64,000 nt of DNA, from contig JAXGMI010000001.1 of the NCBI GenBank assembly GCA_040768745.1, positions 416,001 through 480,000 of the forward strand. Reading direction: 5' to 3'. The stretch's first letter is position 1; each line of letters opens with the position of its first letter. Below, piece after piece: positions 39,911 to 48,545 of the stretch. Source of the stretch: Desulfomicrobium sp. GTDB lineage: Bacteria > Desulfobacterota > Desulfovibrionia > Desulfovibrionales > Desulfomicrobiaceae. The notes beneath the pieces were generated by a model that made no database searches, was not told the DNA's origin, and was given only the letters and a program-made list of their open reading frames with translations. The translations under genes were made by a program, and so were the position numbers.

Positions 39911-40060
39911 TCAGTCGACCGGGCACTCCTTTTTGTCACATTCTGAAGCGTGCAGAAAACGCATGGCTGGCGGCGTGACGACGTTCAGATTTGCCTTCAT
40001 GGTTCGTATTTCGGACTTCCATGGTGTGAGTAATAATGCAGCTTCAGTCTCCATAATCAT
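39911..40060 (-). CDS. Candidate 49-aa small protein (below the ORF-track cutoff)
   Basis: AAGGAG RBS 8 nt before ATG; MIMETEAALLLTPWKSEIRTMKANLNVVTPPAMRFLHASECDKKECPVD*. Confidence 0.4.
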   Translation of the reverse strand: MIMETEAALLLTPWKSEIRTMKANLNVVTPPAMRFLHASECDKKECPVD

Positions 40061-40305
40061 CAATTATTCTCCTTATACCTGGAAATACTCAGCAATAGCG
40101 GCAGATTTTTACCCATCTGGCAATGCAACCCCATGGGATTCCAACAGACTGAGTTTACTTGTTTTTATTTTTTTATATATATTTCAATATATTATTCTAA
40201 AAACACGCGAATGATCCCTTTTTGGACAAAGAATCCCTTTAGTTTGATTTCTAAATTCAAAAAATTGAGAAAATAAAAGAAAATTTTAGATTTTAATTTT
40301 TATTA

Positions 40306-40314
40306 TGTGGAAAA
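40306..40314 (-). promoter_or_regulatory. DnaA-box-like site in an AT-rich tract upstream of the dnaA paralog
   Basis: TGTGGAAAA = TTTTCCACA, fits TTWTNCACA; a near-match TGTGATAAA at 40327; surrounding 40150-40340 is very AT-rich. Confidence 0.45.
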
Positions 40315-40530
40315 TAGTTTTATTCTTGTGATAAAAAAAACATTGACGCTCGGTCATCCATGGCCCTTCGGGGAATGCGCGGATCCCATGGAAAGCCGGG
40401 AGTACGTCTGTTCTGGCTATTCGTAATGATATGAGTGTATTACGTTGTACAGAAACAGATCCACCAACTTCTCGCATCCGGACTTTCCCGGAGTTGTCGC
40501 CAGGTCCTCACTTGGCTAGGGATCACTCCC

Positions 40531-41877
40531 ATGACTTCCCCATGGAACCGTATCTCTCTCGCACTTGAACAATGCCTTGCTCCGGGGCTTTTTCAACTCT
40601 GGATCAAGCCTCTGCGCGGATGTCTGGAAGATGATGTCCTTGTGTTGCGTGCGCCAAACGAATTCGTGCGCAGCAAGGTCAACGACCGCCTGATGGACAC
40701 GATCCGCGAAGTAGCCACCGAGAGTCTCGGTTACTCTCCGCGGATCGACCTGGGCACATTGTCAGCCATCCCCTCCACTCCAGCCTTGCCCGCCCCGGAA
40801 AAAAAGATCGTCACCAGACAAATGGGCCTGCCCATGACGCACCCCCTGACCACGCAGGTCGTGCAAAGCTGGCGACACCAGTTCGATGACTTCATTGTGG
40901 GACCTTGCAATAATTTAGCATACATGGCTTCTCGCAGTTTCTGCCAGGATATGCAGGGTTCCGAGCAGCTCTTTCTCTGCTCAGCCCCAGGCCTGGGCAA
41001 GACCCACCTGGTGCAGGCCATTGGCAATGAGATCGCCCGGCAGACCAACCGAAACCATTTGCGAATCAGCTACCTGAGCGGCGAGGAATTCGCCTCGCAA
41101 CTCGTCATGGCCATCAAAGCCAAGACTGTGGAGCAGTTCAAGACCCGCTTTCGGAACAATGTGGACTTCCTTCTTCTGGAAGACATCCACTTTTTCCAGG
41201 GCAAGGAGAAAATGCAGGATGAACTCCTCAATACGCTGAAGTCACTGCAAAACCAAGGCAGGCGCGTGGTCCTGACCAGCACCTTTCTGCCCCGCGAACT
41301 GACGGACATAGACCCCAATCTCGTGTCCCGTTTTGCCCAGGGGTTTATGGCGGTCATTGATAAGCCAGACCATCAGACCCGGCTCAACATCATTGCATCC
41401 AAAGCCCACTGCGCCCAGGTCCACATGCCCGGCAGCGTGGCCCAGCTGCTGGCAGATCGAATCAGGAACGACGTCCGCCAGCTTGAGAGCTGCCTGAAGA
41501 ACATCATCCTCAAGGCCAAGCTGCTGAACGTGGACATCTCCATGGACCTGGCCTGGAACGTGCTCAACAACTACGCGCTGGATGACGCATCTCTGGACCT
41601 GGACAAGATCATCAGCTTTGTCTGCCAGGCGTATGGTCTCGGCCTGGACGAATTGCGTTCCAAAAGCAGAAAGAAGGAACGCGTCGTGGCCCGCAATACC
41701 GCCTACTATTTGGCCCGCAAACATACCGACCTCTCTCTGGTGGACATCGGCCGGAGATTCAACCGCAAGCACTCCACGGTGATCAAGGGCATTGCCTCGG
41801 TGGAGCAGGAAGTCTCCCGCAAGACGGCCCTGGGCAATCAGATTGCCCGGACCATCAGACAGCTGCAGGCGCGATAA
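40531..41877 (+). CDS. dnaA: DnaA family replication initiator paralog (all four domains, no adjacent dnaN)
   Basis: Domain I (LWIKPL, APNEF), AAA+ (FDDFIVG..N, PGLGKTH, LLLEDI, SRF, DVRQLE), domain IV (RNTAYYLAR, IGRRFNRKHSTV). Confidence 0.85.
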   Translation: MTSPWNRISLALEQCLAPGLFQLWIKPLRGCLEDDVLVLRAPNEFVRSKVNDRLMDTIREVATESLGYSPRIDLGTLSAIPSTPALPAPEKKIVTRQMGLPMTHPLTTQVVQSWRHQFDDFIVGPCNNLAYMASRSFCQDMQGSEQLFLCSAPGLGKTHLVQAIGNEIARQTNRNHLRISYLSGEEFASQLVMAIKAKTVEQFKTRFRNNVDFLLLEDIHFFQGKEKMQDELLNTLKSLQNQGRRVVLTSTFLPRELTDIDPNLVSRFAQGFMAVIDKPDHQTRLNIIASKAHCAQVHMPGSVAQLLADRIRNDVRQLESCLKNIILKAKLLNVDISMDLAWNVLNNYALDDASLDLDKIISFVCQAYGLGLDELRSKSRKKERVVARNTAYYLARKHTDLSLVDIGRRFNRKHSTVIKGIASVEQEVSRKTALGNQIARTIRQLQAR

Positions 41878-41909
41878 AAAGGCCCGCACCCGGATTCCGG
41901 GCCGGGCTT
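41876..41909. terminator. Hairpin between convergent dnaA paralog and HD-GYP gene
   Basis: AAAAAGGCCCG...CCCGG-ATT-CCGGG...CGGGCTT stem with an A-tract (T-tract on the minus strand). Confidence 0.45.
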
Positions 41910-41936
41910 GGCCACGTCAAACCAGTCGTTTTCGTC

Positions 41937-44009
41937 CTACCTTGCTGCCTTCTCCATGATCTTCTGACCGCGAGCCGAATCAAGCGCCTTGGCAAGGGCT
42001 TCAACAACACGCTGATCATAATGCATTGCAGCATCACGCAGGGTCTGCAATGCCTCTGCTGCTGGCATGGCCGGACGGTAGGCCCTGGGCCTGACCATGG
42101 CGCAGAAGCTGTTGGCCACGCTCAGAATTCTGGCCTGCAGGGTGATCTCGTCTTCCTGCAGTCCTCTCGGGTAGCCGCTCCCGTCGAGGCTTTCATTCAT
42201 CTGGTATATGGCCTCGAAGACAGGCAACTCGAAATCGATCTGGCGAAGAATGTCGGCCGCATGCTCGACATGTTTCTGCATCGACTGTCTTTCGGCATCG
42301 GTGAGTGGCGAGGGCTTGGTCAGCAGATCCCTGTCAATGAACATCTTGCCGATCTGGGACAGGTGGGAGGCGATTTCCACCGTGGACCTGAGAGCCTCCG
42401 GAAGCTGCAGGTCTTCTGCCACCAGGGAGGACAGATCCCGCATCAGCACCGAGTGCCCGGCCAGATAGGGATCCGTAAACTCAATGGCCTTCACGAGCGC
42501 CTCAACGGTCTGCTGAATGGCCAGCCGCTTGCGCTCCTCGGCCCGGACCATGCTGGTCACATCCCGGAACACGGACACGATGCCTTGTGGTGCGTCCTGC
42601 GCACCCTTGAGGAGGACCTTGGTGATCTGAAAATGATGCAGCTGTGACTTGAGATAAATACGTTCCGTGCACACGACAGGGGCGCCTGTCCTGAGCGCCT
42701 CTTCGTCGGATTGTTCCAGCCGTTTTCCCGTGTCGAAACCAAAAAGCGCCACGTCATCCAACCCCAGCACCTCTCCCTCGGGCCTGTCCACCCCGGCGGA
42801 CAAGGCCGGATTTGCATAGACATAGGCCCCATCCAGATTTTTCACGGCGATGAAATCCGGAATGGAACCGTTGATGGAATCCAGAAAATTGCGCTGCTGC
42901 TCCAGTTCCGTGGCTAGCTGCTGGAACTGATGCGCCCTGCGTGTCTGATTTTGCCCCATGGTCCGCCACCAGACGACTCCGAACAGCAGGCTGGCGACCA
43001 TAGCGATGAGCGCCGCGATGAGAATGGAAATGCGCGAATATTCCTGCACGCCCTTGGCGGCGTCGTGGGCGTCCACTTCCTGGACGACCCATAGGTCCAG
43101 TTCAGGCACCTTCGTGCCCAGCGAAAAGACAGGATTTTGTCCGGACAGGGCCGCACGCTTGGCGAACTTCATGCGCTGGTCCGGCTCCAGCTCCGGAGGC
43201 GCGTTCAAGGGAACCATTCCACCGGGACTCCAGGGAACAATTTCCTGGAAACCTACTTCGGTCATCTGCATGAGCCGCGTCCGTTCCCCCTTGGTTGCCA
43301 GCGGGGAGTTGGAGAGCATGGCGGAAATGTTTGTGGTCGCGCTCTTGGTCAGCATGACCACGGCCACGACATTCTTCTCAGCATCCTCGCTTGCCGTGGA
43401 CAGGATGGGTACGAACAGGTCGATGACAAGTCCGTTGTCCGTCTGCCGGAACAGGGAAAAATGAGGCATTGGATAGGCAAAGGTTTTCTTGATTAAGGCC
43501 TGCTGTGTGGGCGACAACGGCAAGGAGCGGACATCAGATCCTATGTAGGACTGCCCGGCCCTGTGCACGATACGCCCGGACATGAAACCCGCAAAGGACG
43601 TGAAGTCGGTGAAGGTCTGTTGCATGAGCGGGAGCTGCTCTGCCAACTGAGCCATCTGCTCCTGTTCATCCCCCTCGGGAATCACGCCGGTGATCAAAAA
43701 ACTCGGGTCCGCATCGATCAGATCCATGTCAGTGGCGTAGAGGCGGAACAGGTCCGACGAAACGAGCCGCTCGGTTTGCTGAACATGACCAGCCAGCCAG
43801 GACTGCAGGACTTCCACCCGGCTGTTGGCCAGAAGTGCCAAACGCTCCCGCACCTGCCCCAGCATTTCGTCCTGCTTGGACCGAATGCTCCAGACCACCC
43901 AGGAGAGCAGGACGGCGATAACCAGAAAGATCAGCGCCACGCCCATGACCATTTCGGATCTGCTGTTGCCAAGGGCTGGCTGTGCCTGATTGCCTTTTGA
44001 TGCTGCCAT
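41937..44009 (-). CDS. Inner-membrane sensor: periplasmic domain + PAS + degenerate HD-GYP (LapD-position c-di-GMP receptor)
   Basis: Two TM helices flanking a periplasmic region, a PAS domain (YVYANP), and an HD-GYP fold with GHS, SQIGK (for HDIGK), QMNE (for HHE), DGSGYP, VANSFCAM..PRAYR. Confidence 0.85.
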   Translation of the reverse strand: MAASKGNQAQPALGNSRSEMVMGVALIFLVIAVLLSWVVWSIRSKQDEMLGQVRERLALLANSRVEVLQSWLAGHVQQTERLVSSDLFRLYATDMDLIDADPSFLITGVIPEGDEQEQMAQLAEQLPLMQQTFTDFTSFAGFMSGRIVHRAGQSYIGSDVRSLPLSPTQQALIKKTFAYPMPHFSLFRQTDNGLVIDLFVPILSTASEDAEKNVVAVVMLTKSATTNISAMLSNSPLATKGERTRLMQMTEVGFQEIVPWSPGGMVPLNAPPELEPDQRMKFAKRAALSGQNPVFSLGTKVPELDLWVVQEVDAHDAAKGVQEYSRISILIAALIAMVASLLFGVVWWRTMGQNQTRRAHQFQQLATELEQQRNFLDSINGSIPDFIAVKNLDGAYVYANPALSAGVDRPEGEVLGLDDVALFGFDTGKRLEQSDEEALRTGAPVVCTERIYLKSQLHHFQITKVLLKGAQDAPQGIVSVFRDVTSMVRAEERKRLAIQQTVEALVKAIEFTDPYLAGHSVLMRDLSSLVAEDLQLPEALRSTVEIASHLSQIGKMFIDRDLLTKPSPLTDAERQSMQKHVEHAADILRQIDFELPVFEAIYQMNESLDGSGYPRGLQEDEITLQARILSVANSFCAMVRPRAYRPAMPAAEALQTLRDAAMHYDQRVVEALAKALDSARGQKIMEKAAR

Positions 44010-44023
44010 GTTCCTGTCTCCGT

Positions 44024-44683
44024 CTATGGTTGTTTGGCCAGTGCGATGTGGGACCACCGGTACTTCTCGTTCACGGAAAATTGCGGGACATAATGCTTGT
44101 ATTTGCGGTGCGAAAAAATGGCGCTGGTCACATTGTCCAGCACAAGGGCATCCCCTTGCAGGAAGACAACCAAAATCGCATGGCCGATATTCCTGATGCG
44201 GTCCTTCAAGATGACGATCCGCAGGTCGCTGGCGGCGAACCCCAACTCCCGCAGCATGAAATATTTGATGATGGCGTAATCCTCGCAATCACCGGACAGC
44301 CTCAGAAATTCCTGCGGGGTGGCCCACCAGTCCGACGCCCCATAGGCTTCAACATCCAGCCGGTATGGCCAGCTGTTGAAAAAGGCGTTGACCATCTTGA
44401 GCTGGGTCACCCTGTCCTTGCCTTCGGCATCCCGCTTGATACGCAGCCAGCTGGCTGCGCCTGGAGGACACGCCGTTCTGAAATTGCAGACACTGAGCGT
44501 TTTGACCTGCTTCTGGGCCATGGACAGAACACGCTTCCATTTGGGCAGGGCCTTGAAACTGCCGCGAAAGGCCGCGGTCTGGAAGATCCTGACGGATTCT
44601 GATGCATGTTCCGCCCCACTCCTGGCCGGAAGTAAAAACACCACCACAAGAAGGAACAAGAAAATTGCAACAGCGGGCCGCAA
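44024..44683 (-). CDS. lapG: LapG-like periplasmic transglutaminase-like cysteine protease (BTLCP)
   Basis: Signal peptide; DWWATPQEF, GDCEDYAIIKY, GHAIL and VLDN give the Cys-His-Asp triad. Confidence 0.9.
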   Translation of the reverse strand: MRPAVAIFLFLLVVVFLLPARSGAEHASESVRIFQTAAFRGSFKALPKWKRVLSMAQKQVKTLSVCNFRTACPPGAASWLRIKRDAEGKDRVTQLKMVNAFFNSWPYRLDVEAYGASDWWATPQEFLRLSGDCEDYAIIKYFMLRELGFAASDLRIVILKDRIRNIGHAILVVFLQGDALVLDNVTSAIFSHRKYKHYVPQFSVNEKYRWSHIALAKQP

Positions 44684-44686
44684 ACG

Positions 44687-46015
44687 TTACCGCTCCCGCA
44701 AGGCGTTTTCCTTGGCCTTCAAGATCGGCTTGAGGAGGTAATCGAGAACACTTTTCTTGCCGGTCAGGATGTCCACACTGGCCGTCATGCCCGGAATGAT
44801 GGGCAGATTTCCCCCCCGGTACACGATGGCCGCAGCCTTGGTCCGCAGCTTGACCTTATAGAAGCTTTCCCCTTTCTGGTTCTCGATGGTGTCGGCGCTG
44901 ATCTGCTCCACAGCCCCTTCCAATCCACCGTAAATGGAGAAATCATACGCTGTGATCTTGATCATGGCCTTTTGCCCGGGGTGCAGGAAGGCTATGTCTG
45001 CGGGCTTGATATTGGCCTCTATTAAAAGAGTATCATCCAACGGCACGATTTCCAATATGGGCTCCCCAGGCTTGACCACCCCTCCGGCGGTGTTCAGGAT
45101 GACCTGCTTGATGGTTCCGCGGACCGGGCTGCGCACATCGGTGCGGGTCACCCTGTCCTGTCCGGCGGACAGGGCATGGAGTTTTGATTCGAGCTCGGTC
45201 TGATGCTTGTTCATTTCCTGCAAGGCCAGAGCCTTGAATTCAGCCAACCGCTGAGCCTGCCGCTCCTTGATCTCCTGGGCTGCCTGCTGGGTCCGTGGAA
45301 TAGCCACACTGAGAGTCTGCAGATCCCCGCGCAGAGAGCTGACGCTGCGTTCCAGAGTCAGATATTCCACACGCGGATAGACCTTTTTTTCCACAAGGGG
45401 CCGGGCAATATCGAGCTGTTCCTGGGCCAGTTTCAGGTCAGATGCCACTTGGGATTTGCGGATGGACATCTCGTTGGCTTCTTGCACCCGCTGGGTATAC
45501 TGGCTGCGCAAAATGTTCATTTCCTGATTGAGCTGATTCATACGCGCGCGGTAAATGTCCATCTGGTCCCTGATCAGGGCTGGAGCCTTGGTCCGCAGTT
45601 CCTCTGAAAATCCCGGCTCAGTTCCCGCTGCCTCGGCCTTCAGACGTGCAATGGCCGCTTCATGGGACAGGGCCTGGCTGGCCGTATCCTTCAAGGTGCT
45701 CTGCGCCATCTCGTTGCTGATGCGGACCAGAATGTCCCCTTTTTCCACGATCTGGTTCTCCCGCACCAGGGTTTCCTCCAGAATGCCGCCCTCCAGATTC
45801 TGGATGACCTGCACCCTCTGGGAAGGAATGACCTGTCCCGTGCCGCGGGTCACTTCATCCAGAATGGCAAAGTGGGTCCAGACCAGAAACGAACCCAGCA
45901 GGAAGCAGATGGTCAATGACAGGACATAGGCCCAGCGATGGCCGCGCCGGAACAGGGCGGCATCGACCTCATTCATGAACTCCAGCTCGTGCTCAGAAAA
46001 CAATGGCTTATGCAC
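44687..46015 (-). CDS. Type I secretion periplasmic adaptor (HlyD/LapC-like)
   Basis: GQVIPSQRVQVIQNLEGGI, VRSPVRG, ITAYDFSIYG, PGMTASVDILTGKKSVLDYLLKP. GTG start inferred. Confidence 0.92.
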   Translation of the reverse strand: MHKPLFSEHELEFMNEVDAALFRRGHRWAYVLSLTICFLLGSFLVWTHFAILDEVTRGTGQVIPSQRVQVIQNLEGGILEETLVRENQIVEKGDILVRISNEMAQSTLKDTASQALSHEAAIARLKAEAAGTEPGFSEELRTKAPALIRDQMDIYRARMNQLNQEMNILRSQYTQRVQEANEMSIRKSQVASDLKLAQEQLDIARPLVEKKVYPRVEYLTLERSVSSLRGDLQTLSVAIPRTQQAAQEIKERQAQRLAEFKALALQEMNKHQTELESKLHALSAGQDRVTRTDVRSPVRGTIKQVILNTAGGVVKPGEPILEIVPLDDTLLIEANIKPADIAFLHPGQKAMIKITAYDFSIYGGLEGAVEQISADTIENQKGESFYKVKLRTKAAAIVYRGGNLPIIPGMTASVDILTGKKSVLDYLLKPILKAKENALRER

Positions 46016-48221
46016 GCCTGCCTCCGTTGGCCCGCTTCTGCAGGTCCGCAAGCACGGCGTCGCGCGGGCCGTCAGCGATGATTTTGCCATCTTCCAGCGC
46101 GATGATCCGGGTTGCCAGGGACAAGAGACTGGGCCTGTGGGTGATGAGGAGAAGCGTTTTCTCCTTCAAGGCAGCCGCAAGGCGGAGCTTCAGTATGGCC
46201 TCCACGCCCACATCCATGGAACTGCTTGGCTCATCCAGGATGACGATGTCCGGATCCATGAGCAGGGTCCGGGCAATGGTCACTGCCTGACGCTGGCCGC
46301 CAGACAGGTTCAGACCGCGCTCTCCGACCTGCAGGTTGAAACCGGCCGGACTGTTTTTTACGAAATCCGTCACCCCGGCGATCGTTGCGGCCCTGATCAA
46401 GGCATGGTCGCTGACATGGGGAGCCCCCAGGGTGATGTTTTCCCGGATCGTGCCCTGGAAAAGAAAGTTGTCCTGGGCCATGTAGCCGATTTTCGAGCGC
46501 AGCTCGGTCGGGTCGATCTGGCGGATGTCCAGACCTCCCACCTTTACCGCCCCGCGCTGGGGCGTGTACAGACCGTTGACCAATTTGCCCAGGGTGGTCT
46601 TTCCAGACCCCATCTTGCCGACAATGGCTACCCGCTCTCCCTGGTTGACATGAAACGTCACATACGAGAGAGCATTGACTAACGCCCCAGGATATTTGAA
46701 ACTTACGTCCTCAAAGGTGACAGAGCTGCGAAGATCCCGGTGCTCTGTGTGCTGTACGTCCTCGGATCGCTCGCTGGGAATCTTCATCAGCACGTCCAGA
46801 TTTTTGAGCGCCATGCGGCTTTGCTGCAACCTCGTCAGCATGGCGGCCACGGCTCCCAGGGGACTCATGGCCCTGCCGACCAGGATGGAGCAGGCAATGA
46901 GACCACCCGTGGTCATTTCTCCGTCCGAGATGCGGTACACGCCCCAAATGATCACTCCTGCATACACCAGCTGGGAAACAAGCTGCGTGAACGTCAGGGA
47001 AAACGTGCTCAGGGATTTGGCGCGGGTGGATGACCGGGCACCCAGGCCGATGATGTTCTCCCACCGTCCGAGCATGGCCCCCTCTGCCCGGCTGGTTTTG
47101 ATGGTCTCCAGCCCTCCTATGGCCTCAACCAGCAAGGCGTTCTTCTGGGTGGACTCTCTGTAGCCTCCTTCAATGGCCTGCCTGAGAGGGCCCTGCACGA
47201 TGATCCCGACCAGGATGACGATGGGTGTGGCCACCCCAGGTATGACGGCCAAGGGGCCACCGATGAAAGCGATAATGACAATGAAGAGGACCAGGAAGGG
47301 CAGATCGATCAGGGCCAGCAGAGTCGTGGAGCTGAAGAATTCACGCAGTGCATCGAATTCACGCATATTGTTGACCAGTGCCCCGGTGGAGTCCGGCTTG
47401 TGGTCCATGCGGATGGACAGGATGTGGCTCATCAGCTTGCTGGCCACGAGTATGTCGGAGTTGCGTCCTGCAATGTCCACGAAATACCCGCGCAGGTTGC
47501 GCAGGATGAAGTCGAAGAAAAAGGCCAACCCTACCCCGATGGACAAAACCCACAGGGTTTCCAATGCGTTATTGGGCACCACCCGGTCGTACACATTCAT
47601 GGTGAAAACGGGCGAGGCAATGGCCAAAATATTAATGAATATGGATGCAAGGGCCACGTGCCTGTAGATCGGCCAGAAATGAAGAAGGGTTCCCCAGAAC
47701 CACCTCTTCGTGTCGGAGATTTTCAGATCCTTGGACCACGAGGCCGCCTTTGCCCTGGGACGGGCAAAGACCGCATGGCCCGAATAGCTGGAACGCAACT
47801 CCTCCAGTGGAATATCGAAGGGCGCGTCCGGATTTTCAGGCACGATGATCCTGGCCGAATCCGTTTGCATGCCCGTCAGCACGCAGGCCCCGCCATCGGC
47901 CATGAGCAGGATGCAGGGCAGATTGAGGGTGGAAATCTTTTCCGGGTCCGGCTTGTGAACGATCCGGGCGTCAATGCCCTCTCTCCGGGCGGCACGAATA
48001 CACGCATAGGGGGTCAATCCATCCGAGGTGCGAGGCAGACCAGCTTCCAAGGCTGTGAGGCTCACTGGTTTGTCGAACAGGCGAGAGACAATTGCCAGGC
48101 ATCCGACCAAAGGAGTGGTGAACCCGACCTGGGCCGGAGTGAGCTGGACTGTAGGCGAACGTTGCGGTTTTTCAACGGCTGGAGCAGGAAGGCGGGAGCC
48201 AATGGCTTGAGTGCCGTTCAT
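46008..48221 (-). CDS. Type I secretion ABC permease/ATPase (LapB/LssB-like) with C39-like N-domain
   Basis: MNVYDRVVPN, DLPF, Walker A GKMGSGKT, LSGGQRQ, LDEP. Confidence 0.93.
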   Translation of the reverse strand: MNGTQAIGSRLPAPAVEKPQRSPTVQLTPAQVGFTTPLVGCLAIVSRLFDKPVSLTALEAGLPRTSDGLTPYACIRAARREGIDARIVHKPDPEKISTLNLPCILLMADGGACVLTGMQTDSARIIVPENPDAPFDIPLEELRSSYSGHAVFARPRAKAASWSKDLKISDTKRWFWGTLLHFWPIYRHVALASIFINILAIASPVFTMNVYDRVVPNNALETLWVLSIGVGLAFFFDFILRNLRGYFVDIAGRNSDILVASKLMSHILSIRMDHKPDSTGALVNNMREFDALREFFSSTTLLALIDLPFLVLFIVIIAFIGGPLAVIPGVATPIVILVGIIVQGPLRQAIEGGYRESTQKNALLVEAIGGLETIKTSRAEGAMLGRWENIIGLGARSSTRAKSLSTFSLTFTQLVSQLVYAGVIIWGVYRISDGEMTTGGLIACSILVGRAMSPLGAVAAMLTRLQQSRMALKNLDVLMKIPSERSEDVQHTEHRDLRSSVTFEDVSFKYPGALVNALSYVTFHVNQGERVAIVGKMGSGKTTLGKLVNGLYTPQRGAVKVGGLDIRQIDPTELRSKIGYMAQDNFLFQGTIRENITLGAPHVSDHALIRAATIAGVTDFVKNSPAGFNLQVGERGLNLSGGQRQAVTIARTLLMDPDIVILDEPSSSMDVGVEAILKLRLAAALKEKTLLLITHRPSLLSLATRIIALEDGKIIADGPRDAVLADLQKRANGGRRA

Positions 48222-48545
48222 GAAAGCGTACCCTCGAAAGCGTTTTGTTGACGAAACCTATGCATATACTGCCAGCTTTACAAGAATGGACCGCCCGGTG
48301 TCATTCACCCGAAAGTGTGAAACAAGATGCGCTTGTCCCTGAACCTTCATGTCTGCTGAACATTTTTTCCCTGATTTGTGCCAAGATGTTGCTGGCCCCC
48401 GTCATTGAAGAACCCCGGGTATGATTTGTTGACGCCAGTTCTTTTCATACTTGACCCCTGACGGCTGCGGTTTCATATATCCCGTCAAAGCATCGGGTAT
48501 TGATGCTTCAGAATTCTTCCCAGCCCGCAAACCAGCGGAGGCCCC

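Noticed and set aside
40140..40345. Primary chromosomal oriC
   Set aside because: Only one consensus DnaA box and no dnaN/gyrB context. It cannot be supported without whole-genome skew.
48285..48335. GAAA-containing hairpin upstream of the adhesin as a c-di-GMP-I riboswitch
   Set aside because: It lacks the GGCAAAC...GACGCAAAGC consensus. An Rfam covariance search would be needed to support it.
48250..48395. Sigma-54 promoters (TGGCA motifs) in the lapB/adhesin divergent region
   Set aside because: GG-to-GC spacing or the -12 element does not match TGGCAC-N5-TTGC.
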